This document shows positions 57,196 to 64,000 of a stretch of 64,000 nt of DNA, in pieces (the first letter of the stretch is position 1; every line of letters begins with the position of its first letter). The stretch spans positions 36,119-100,118 of the forward strand of contig CALGPK010000031.1 in the NCBI GenBank assembly GCA_937960415.1, given 5' to 3'. The translations under genes were made by a program, and so were the position numbers. The notes under the pieces were generated by a model. It had not been told where the DNA came from and made no database searches. It worked only from the letters and a program-made list of their open reading frames with translations. The DNA is from an uncultured Bacteroidales bacterium. GTDB taxonomy: Bacteria; Bacteroidota; Bacteroidia; Bacteroidales; GWA2-32-17.

Positions 57196-57897
57196 TTACT
57201 TAATGGAAAAAGTTATGCCATAAGTAATGGGAATAAATCTGGGTCCTTTATTTTTTTCAAAGATAGGTAATGGAAAATAGTTTGCTGTTAATCCCAATCG
57301 TGCATAACTAACTCTGACATAAAATCCGTATCGATACCACATCACATTTTCGAGGCGATATTCTTTAAACTTAACTTCTTTGCCGGAGTTATTTCTAAAA
57401 TCTTTACCAACATACTTTAAGTAATTATTGATCATAATACCACCTTTGGTGCCTATGGCAAAACGAAAATTACGATTGCGTTTGTCGGTTTTTGATACAA
57501 TATTTAATTCGAGTGGGACATCCATGTAGTTAATAGTCAGTTTATTTTTAGTGTATTCTACACCCGGTGGTATCAATTTAAAATAAGTAATAGTCAAACT
57601 ATCGAAGGGCAATGCATTATGATGAACATTATGTGAGCTAAATCCAATTCCCAGCGAAATATTAAACGTTCTATCATTTTTCAATAATGTTTCAAAGGTA
57701 TATATTTCAATTCCCAGCGATATAGGCATCTGTTTCATAGGCAACTCTACGTTTTGCCAGTAATTATTAAGCAAATTAACCACAATTGCATCATTCTTTT
57801 TGGTTATAGTAAATTTTGTATCTTCATCATCATTTTGAGCAAAAATTGTATAAGTGTAAACATTTAGCAAAAAAAACATAAAAAGCATTTTTTTCAT
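57196..57897 (-). CDS. Hypothetical outer-membrane beta-barrel (porin-family-like) protein
   Basis: ATG 57897 gives MKKMLFMFFLLNVYTYTIFAQ. Alternating strand pattern. C-terminal YGITFSIK. Confidence 0.5.
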   Translation of the reverse strand: MKKMLFMFFLLNVYTYTIFAQNDDEDTKFTITKKNDAIVVNLLNNYWQNVELPMKQMPISLGIEIYTFETLLKNDRTFNISLGIGFSSHNVHHNALPFDSLTITYFKLIPPGVEYTKNKLTINYMDVPLELNIVSKTDKRNRNFRFAIGTKGGIMINNYLKYVGKDFRNNSGKEVKFKEYRLENVMWYRYGFYVRVSYARLGLTANYFPLPIFEKNKGPRFIPITYGITFSIK

Positions 57898-58024
57898 AAA
57901 CAAAATTTTAAGTTTAAACGATAAAATTAAGTCTTTTGGAATAAAAAAGCAACCTTTAATCAAAAAAAATGGTCTTTTTTTATATTCAATTTAAGACTTT
58001 GGTAATTTTGAAAAAAGTTCGGAT

Positions 58025-61000
58025 ATGAAATCTGTTGCAGTAATAGTTTTATTTTTATTCGTTTGTTCAACCACCAGCATATACTCTCAAAATAAAAAAG
58101 AAATAAATAAAGCGTTGAACTACTTAAACAAAAAAGGTGAAGTTTATTTTAATTTTCAAATCAATCAAGTATTAGATTTACAAAGACTAAGCCAAATTAT
58201 TTCAATTGATAATGTTAAAGAAAAAACCGTGTGGGCCTATGCCAATAAAAAAGAATTTGAATTATTTCTCGAACAATCGATACCGTTTCAGGTATTACCA
58301 CATCCTGGCGATGCTCCTGCAAAAATGTATGATGGAAAAGGAATTTGGGATTTTGACACGTACCCTACTTATTCTCAGTATGAAACCATGATGCAAACCT
58401 TTGCTAGCACATATCCCAATATTTGCAAACTCGACACTATAGCTATTTTGGCAAGCGGGCGCAAGCTACTGGCTATAAAAATTTCCGATAACGTTCAACA
58501 AGACGAAGCTGAACCTGAATTTTTATTTTCTGGTACCATGCATGGCGATGAAACCACCGGATATGTATTATTGCTTCGTTTGATAAACTACCTTGCCACC
58601 AATTATGGAACAGACACAAGAGTAACCAATATTGTAAACAACACGGAGCTTTTTATTTGCCCTCTTGCTAATCCCGATGGAACATACGCTGGGGGCAATA
58701 ATACAGTAAGTGGTGCCACTCGCTACAATGCCAATAATATAGACCTTAATCGTAATTATCCCGATCCACGTGCTGGACAACATCCCGACGGTAACGCATG
58801 GCAACCCGAAACCATTGCCTTTATGAACTATGCCAATGCTCACCACTTTGTAATGGGAGCCAACACACACGGTGGTGCCGAAGTAGTTAATTATCCTTGG
58901 GACACATGGACATCAAGTCAAAACACCCATGCCGACAACAACTGGTGGATATACGTTTCGCGCGAATTTGCCGATACTGCACAATATTATGGCCCCGCGG
59001 GATATTTTAACGATATAAATAATGGAATTACCGCTGGTGGAGACTGGTATGTTATTACCGGTGGACGACAGGACTATATGAATTATTTTAAACAATGTAG
59101 AGAAGTAACTCTCGAACTCTCAACAACCAAGTTACTGTCGGCCAGTCAGTTACCTGCTTATTGGAATTATTTGTATCGCTCATTCTTACATTATATTGAG
59201 CATGTAATGTATGGAATTCATGGCACCATTACAGACGCATGCACCAATCAACCAATAAAAGCCAAAATATGGATCGAAAACCACGACCAAACAAACGACA
59301 GTTCGCATGTATACAGTGCATTACCACATGGCAACTATCATCGTCCAATCTACGCCGGAACATATAGCATGACCGTGTCGGCTCCGGGGTATCAAAGTCA
59401 AACCATTAGCAACATAACAGTAAACAATCATCAAAAAGTAATACAAAATGTATCCTTAACTCCCTTGCCGCCAGTAGCCGATTTTATTGCAGTTAGTACT
59501 ACTAGCTGTACAGGTACTATTGAGTTCTTAAATCAATCGCTATATCCAAACGGTTCTTCATTTTTATGGGATTTTGGCGATGGACATACCTCCACCGATG
59601 TAAACCCTATACACACTTATGCACAAAGCGGGACTTACACCGTATCGCTGACGGTTATAAACTCTTGCACCGGAAACAGTACCAAAACTCGTACAGCGTA
59701 CATTACCATTAACCTACCTCCCAATCCTACTGCTAACGATGTACATACCTGTACAACAGGCAGTGTTACTCTTAATGCCAATGCCACGGGAAGCATTTAT
59801 TGGTACGACTCTCCTCAAAGTACTACACCAATATCCACCGGCAATACTTATCAAGCCAGTATAAGCCAAACCACTACCTATTACATCGAAAACCATGTTG
59901 AATCGTCCAGTATCTATGGTGGCGATTTACGCAGCAATAGTAGTGGTGGCTTTTTATCATCTACTACCAAGCATTATTTGATTTTTAACTGCAGCCAACC
60001 CTGTAAAATAATTTCGGTAGAAGTTAATGCACAAACTGCCGGTAACAGAACCATTGAATTGCAAAACTCCACTGGACAGGTTCTGCAAACTACTACTATC
60101 AATATACCTGCTGGTATTAGCCGCATCACGTTAAACTTTAACGTACCTGCTGGCAATGGATACCGTTTGGTTGGACCAATAAATGCTGCTTTATATCGCA
60201 ACAATTCAGGATCAACGTATCCATATAATATCGGTAATTTAATTAGTATTGTAGGCAATTCTGCCGGTGATTTGAACTATTACTATTATTTCTACAATTG
60301 GGAAATAAAAGGACCTGACTGTGTCAGTTCAAGAATTCCGGTTACGGTGCATGTTTATTCGTCACCTCAAGCAAATGCCGGAACCGATGATACCATTGCT
60401 TATGGAACTTCAACAACTTTAAACGGACAAGTTACCGGAGGATCGGGAAACTATTCATACGAATGGCAACCTGCAAGTATGGTAATGAATCCCACAAGCT
60501 TAATAACACAGACTGTAAATTTAACTTCAAATCAAACTTTTGTACTTAGTGTAACTGATAACTTAACTGGTTGTAGCCACTCCGATAGCGTAGTTATTTA
60601 TATCAACAATTCATCATTTAGTGTAGATATTCATGCAAGTCAAAACAATATATGTTCGGGAACACCGGTACAACTTACAACTACTGTTAACGGTGGTTCG
60701 GGAAATTATACCTATACATGGAGTTCAACTCCTATGGGTTTCAGTAGCAACGATTCTAATCCTATGGTACATCCATTTGAAACCACTACGTATTTTGTTA
60801 CGGTTAACGATGGGAATAATCAAACAGTAAGTTCTATTACCATTTATGTTTTACCTTTACCTATAGCAAATTATACTTACCAAATCAATGAATTAACCGT
60901 ATCATTTGTTAACACATCCTCTAATGCAGAGAGTTATCAGTGGTTTTTCGGTGATGGGAATACCTCAACCGACGAAAATCCCACATACACATATATCACA

Positions 61001-61336
61001 AATGGTGATTTTGAAGTTATACTTGTTGCATACAATTCATGCGGGACAGACACTCTTACAACAAATATACATTTAGACAACAGTATTATTGAAGAAAATA
61101 ATAATAATTATATTTTTGTATATCCCAATCCGTTCGATTTGTCTCTTCAAATACAACTTACTGATAATTTACCCATAAATATTAGAATCTTATCCATTGA
61201 TGGTAGAATTGTTTTAAATGAATGGTTAAATAACAATATAAGTATTATCAATACAAGTCTATTGGCAAAAGGAACTTATATTATCGAATTTAATAACCAA
61301 ATTTATTCAGAAAGACGTGTTATGATTAAGCACTAA
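58025..61336 (+). CDS. M14B-type zinc carboxypeptidase with transthyretin-like, PKD and Ig-like repeats and T9SS type-A C-terminal domain
   Basis: 1103 aa. HGDETTGY zinc motif, DLNRNYPD, CarboxypepD_reg-like IHGTITDACTNQPIKAKIWIE. PKD units (WDFGDGHTSTDVNPIHTY, WFFGDGNTSTDENPTYTY). C-terminal VYPNPFD...GTYIIEF. Confidence 0.85.
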   Translation: MKSVAVIVLFLFVCSTTSIYSQNKKEINKALNYLNKKGEVYFNFQINQVLDLQRLSQIISIDNVKEKTVWAYANKKEFELFLEQSIPFQVLPHPGDAPAKMYDGKGIWDFDTYPTYSQYETMMQTFASTYPNICKLDTIAILASGRKLLAIKISDNVQQDEAEPEFLFSGTMHGDETTGYVLLLRLINYLATNYGTDTRVTNIVNNTELFICPLANPDGTYAGGNNTVSGATRYNANNIDLNRNYPDPRAGQHPDGNAWQPETIAFMNYANAHHFVMGANTHGGAEVVNYPWDTWTSSQNTHADNNWWIYVSREFADTAQYYGPAGYFNDINNGITAGGDWYVITGGRQDYMNYFKQCREVTLELSTTKLLSASQLPAYWNYLYRSFLHYIEHVMYGIHGTITDACTNQPIKAKIWIENHDQTNDSSHVYSALPHGNYHRPIYAGTYSMTVSAPGYQSQTISNITVNNHQKVIQNVSLTPLPPVADFIAVSTTSCTGTIEFLNQSLYPNGSSFLWDFGDGHTSTDVNPIHTYAQSGTYTVSLTVINSCTGNSTKTRTAYITINLPPNPTANDVHTCTTGSVTLNANATGSIYWYDSPQSTTPISTGNTYQASISQTTTYYIENHVESSSIYGGDLRSNSSGGFLSSTTKHYLIFNCSQPCKIISVEVNAQTAGNRTIELQNSTGQVLQTTTINIPAGISRITLNFNVPAGNGYRLVGPINAALYRNNSGSTYPYNIGNLISIVGNSAGDLNYYYYFYNWEIKGPDCVSSRIPVTVHVYSSPQANAGTDDTIAYGTSTTLNGQVTGGSGNYSYEWQPASMVMNPTSLITQTVNLTSNQTFVLSVTDNLTGCSHSDSVVIYINNSSFSVDIHASQNNICSGTPVQLTTTVNGGSGNYTYTWSSTPMGFSSNDSNPMVHPFETTTYFVTVNDGNNQTVSSITIYVLPLPIANYTYQINELTVSFVNTSSNAESYQWFFGDGNTSTDENPTYTYITNGDFEVILVAYNSCGTDTLTTNIHLDNSIIEENNNNYIFVYPNPFDLSLQIQLTDNLPINIRILSIDGRIVLNEWLNNNISIINTSLLAKGTYIIEFNNQIYSERRVMIKH

Positions 61337-61531
61337 CTATCTTTTCCCAATCATTCTTAGGTAGTTCTCTATGCTTCTATCGTAAGTTCGTTCATACGTA
61401 GCATTAAAATAACAGGCAGGTAACTCACCATTGCTACGATGATAAGCTAAACAATCGCAACATTTTCCTTTTTTTGAGCAAGGATACGAGCAGTTGCACA
61501 TCTTTTTATTTTTATCTAAAGTACATTCCAT
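61337..61531 (-). CDS. Small Cys-rich cytosolic protein (64 aa; I believe DUF6485-like)
   Basis: 8 Cys with pattern C-x9-C-x-C-x3-C-x6-CC-x-C-x13-C, no signal peptide. Its stop abuts the M14 stop with no intergenic base. Confidence 0.55.
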   Translation of the reverse strand: MECTLDKNKKMCNCSYPCSKKGKCCDCLAYHRSNGELPACYFNATYERTYDRSIENYLRMIGKR

Positions 61532-61548
61532 AGAAAAAATGTTTTTAA

Positions 61549-61556
61549 TACCTTTG
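61549..61556 (+). promoter_or_regulatory. Candidate -7 box TACCTTTG upstream of the S41 peptidase gene
   Basis: Exact TAnnTTTG match 21 nt upstream of ATG 61577. No clear -33 box. Confidence 0.35.
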
Positions 61557-61576
61557 CAAAATTATTAAATTTTATT

Positions 61577-63166
61577 ATGAAAACTTTGTTGTTATCGATT
61601 GTCTTTTTGTGTGTAATTACTACGTCTGTGTCTGCACAAGTCAATTCTCAGGCTTCGGCAAAACTCTTGCGTGCATTAGACATTATCAATCTGTTTTACG
61701 TAGATAGTGTAAATAACGACAAAATTGTAGAAGCAGCTATTATTGAAATGCTAAAAACACTCGATCCGCATTCTACGTATATCAGTAAAGATGAAGTGCG
61801 AGAAATGAACGAACCACTTGAAGGAAACTTCGAAGGCATTGGAGTTCAATTCAATATTTTCAACGATACTATACTGGTAGTAAATCCTATTCCTGGTGGT
61901 CCGAGTGAAAAATTAGGAATTCGAGCCGGCGACCGAATTATCAAAATTGATGGTCAGGTTGTAGCAGGAGTAGGTATTAAAAACAATGATGTATTTAAAA
62001 AACTACGTGGAAAAAAAGGGACACAGGTTAACGTTTCTATTTTACGACGTGGAGAAAAAAATTTACTCGATTTTACAATTACACGCGACAAAATACCCAT
62101 TTACAGCCTCGATGCATCGTACATGATTGATAAAGAAATAGGCTACATCAAACTCAATCGTTTTTCGGCAACTACCATTGAAGAATTTAAAAAAGCCATT
62201 GCCGACCTCAAATCTAAGGGCATGAAAGATCTGATTTTAGACCTTGCCGGCAATGGTGGTGGATACCTAAATGCCGCTGTTGATTTGGCCGATGAATTTC
62301 TGGATAACCGTAAAATGATTGTTTATACACAGGGGTTAACCAGTCCACGCACCGATTATCGTGCTACCGATAAAGGCGAATGGCACAACGGGCGTTTGGT
62401 AATCATTGTCGATGAAGGCTCTGCTTCGGCTAGTGAAATTGTATCGGGAGCTGTTCAAGACTGGGATCGCGGGCTTATCGTTGGTCGTCGCACCTTTGGA
62501 AAGGGACTCGTACAACGTCCATTCAACCTCAACGATGGCTCAATGATACGACTTACTGTTGCACGCTACTATACGCCTTCAGGACGCCTAATTCAAAAAC
62601 CATACGAAAAAGGCTTTGCCGAATATTCCAAAGAAATTATCAACCGATACAACAACGGAGAACTTACCAACGAAGATAGTATTCACTTCCCCGATAGCCT
62701 TAAATATCAGACGCTACTATCAAAACGTACAGTATATGGTGGTGGGGGTATCATGCCCGATATTTTCGTTCCGCTCGACACCAATGCTTATACCAAATTT
62801 TATCGAACACTGATGCAAAAAGGCATTATTTATCGTTATGTTTTGCAATATATGGACAAAGAACGCGAAAATCTCAAAAACGAATATCCCAATTTCGAAA
62901 AATTTAAAAACACATTTCAGGTCAACCAAAGTATTATCGATAGCCTTTGCTCGCTTGCAAAAAAAGAAAAAATAGAATTTACCGAAGAAGAAAAAAATAA
63001 ATCGGCAAACGACATTAAACTAATGATTAAAGCTTTATTAGCTCGTGATTTATGGGATAATAGCCAGTATTTCGAAATTATCAATCCACGACGCGACGAA
63101 TACAACAAAGCTATTGAAGCACTTCGTGATAAAAAATTATACAACCGCAAACTTGGCAAATTATAA
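61577..63166 (+). CDS. S41 family C-terminal processing peptidase
   Basis: Signal peptide, PDZ region GVQFNIFNDTILVVNPIPGGPSEKLGIRAGDRIIKIDG, catalytic GSASASEI and GKGLVQ. Confidence 0.85.
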   Translation: MKTLLLSIVFLCVITTSVSAQVNSQASAKLLRALDIINLFYVDSVNNDKIVEAAIIEMLKTLDPHSTYISKDEVREMNEPLEGNFEGIGVQFNIFNDTILVVNPIPGGPSEKLGIRAGDRIIKIDGQVVAGVGIKNNDVFKKLRGKKGTQVNVSILRRGEKNLLDFTITRDKIPIYSLDASYMIDKEIGYIKLNRFSATTIEEFKKAIADLKSKGMKDLILDLAGNGGGYLNAAVDLADEFLDNRKMIVYTQGLTSPRTDYRATDKGEWHNGRLVIIVDEGSASASEIVSGAVQDWDRGLIVGRRTFGKGLVQRPFNLNDGSMIRLTVARYYTPSGRLIQKPYEKGFAEYSKEIINRYNNGELTNEDSIHFPDSLKYQTLLSKRTVYGGGGIMPDIFVPLDTNAYTKFYRTLMQKGIIYRYVLQYMDKERENLKNEYPNFEKFKNTFQVNQSIIDSLCSLAKKEKIEFTEEEKNKSANDIKLMIKALLARDLWDNSQYFEIINPRRDEYNKAIEALRDKKLYNRKLGKL

Positions 63167-63744
63167 TGTTCTCGCCATCAGAATTAAGTTTTGTTGAGCT
63201 CTTTGCTGCTTTAACAGGCTTTATTGCTATCTATTTTCAAATAAAGGCAAAGCCCATGTATTGGCCAGTAAGTATTATCAATGTCTTGCTTTACATAATT
63301 GTTTTTTTTGAGTCTAAATTGTATGCCGAAATAACGTTGCAGATGTATTATTTAGCCATAAGCATTTATGGTTGGATATTTTGGACAAAAACCAATAATT
63401 CACCGCAAGCCGCTATTAGTAGTAGCTCGATAAAGCTACTGGTTATCCTTTTTATTGTTTTTTTAATACTATGGTCTGGCATGGCATACCTTTTAAAGAA
63501 TTACACCAATACCGACGTACCTTATATCGATTCGTTTATTACTTCGCTAAGTTTTATTGCCACATACTTGCTGGCACGAAAAAAAATTGAAAATTGGCTT
63601 ATCTGGATTTTTGTCGATGCTATATCCATAGGCTTATACTACTATAAAGGATTGTATTTAACCATACTGCTTTTTGGTACATTGACCATTTTAGCCGTTG
63701 TAGGCTATTTAAGCTGGAAAAAAAAACTGTATGCTACCACCTAA
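63166..63744 (+). CDS. pnuC: Nicotinamide riboside transporter PnuC
   Basis: About seven TM segments. W-rich motifs (YWPVSIIN, NWLIWIFVD). The ATG shares one base with the upstream stop. Confidence 0.85.
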   Translation: MFSPSELSFVELFAALTGFIAIYFQIKAKPMYWPVSIINVLLYIIVFFESKLYAEITLQMYYLAISIYGWIFWTKTNNSPQAAISSSSIKLLVILFIVFLILWSGMAYLLKNYTNTDVPYIDSFITSLSFIATYLLARKKIENWLIWIFVDAISIGLYYYKGLYLTILLFGTLTILAVVGYLSWKKKLYATT

Positions 63745-64000
63745 TACATTTGTCGTCATAGGTCCGGAATCGACCGGTAAAACCACCTTATGCCAACAAC
63801 TTGCCTCACGATACCAATCGGACTGGATACCCGAGTATGCTCGAACGTATCTCGAAGAACTTCAAAAACCTTATACATTCGACGATGTAATACATATAGC
63901 TCAAAAACAAATTGAAATTGAACAAAACTTTTCGGGGCAAAGCAACTTTTTGTTTATCGACACCGACCTAATTATTACCAAAGTGTGGCTCCTGCACGTA
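63731..64000 (+). CDS. NadR-type P-loop ATPase / ribosylnicotinamide kinase-like protein (3' end outside window)
   Basis: Walker A VIGPESTGKTTL, then SDWIPEYARTYLE. Overlaps the pnuC end by 14 nt. Partial, so domain content is uncertain. Confidence 0.7.
   Translation, partial: MLPPNTFVVIGPESTGKTTLCQQLASRYQSDWIPEYARTYLEELQKPYTFDDVIHIAQKQIEIEQNFSGQSNFLFIDTDLIITKVWLLHV

Overview
AT-rich, very gene-dense chromosomal segment (about 70 features, almost no non-coding DNA) that I assign to Bacteroidota. The assignment rests on four things. First, T9SS C-terminal sorting domains on three large secreted proteins. Second, TTTG/TAnnTTTG-type promoter boxes. Third, a long K/E-tailed ribosomal protein S16. 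Fourth, the conserved block pdxJ / CBS / Omp85-like / nadK / DUF6089 / uppS / bamA / ompH / ompH.

Most of the window is housekeeping:
- Molybdenum cofactor and vitamin genes: moeA (partial), moaA, pdxJ, nadK.
- Envelope biogenesis: uppS, bamA, two skp/ompH genes, mltG, pssA.
- Translation and proteostasis: rpsP, rimM, rplS, clpX, clpP, tig, hflX.
- Other metabolism and transport: 5-formyl-THF cyclo-ligase, a phosphohexomutase, cysK, a TonB protein, a CDF transporter, an M16 peptidase, an S41 peptidase, pnuC and a partial NadR-like kinase.
- RNA genes: tRNA-Phe(GAA), tRNA-Leu(UAG), tRNA-Ser(UGA).

The less ordinary content is:
- A secretion/accessory stretch at 13.9-24 kb. It holds a lipoprotein, a decayed IS1595-type transposase remnant, a DUF4159 protein coupled to an M14 peptidase, a NapH-like polyferredoxin, and a 1445-aa CUB/P-domain/PKD/SprB-repeat adhesin with a type-B T9SS domain.
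- A 1072-aa single-chain fusion of HcnABC/opine-oxidase-like flavo-iron-sulfur modules.
- A Memo-AMMECR1 fusion.
- A Cys-rich LTxxQ periplasmic protein.
- A divergent Rrf2 / mntP pair.
- Three tandem DUF6089-like barrel paralogs.

I found no CRISPR array, rRNA, prophage, intact mobile element or recognisable defence system. I do not see a clear-cut novel multi-gene system. The findings are ranked candidates and all need database or structure checks that I cannot run here.
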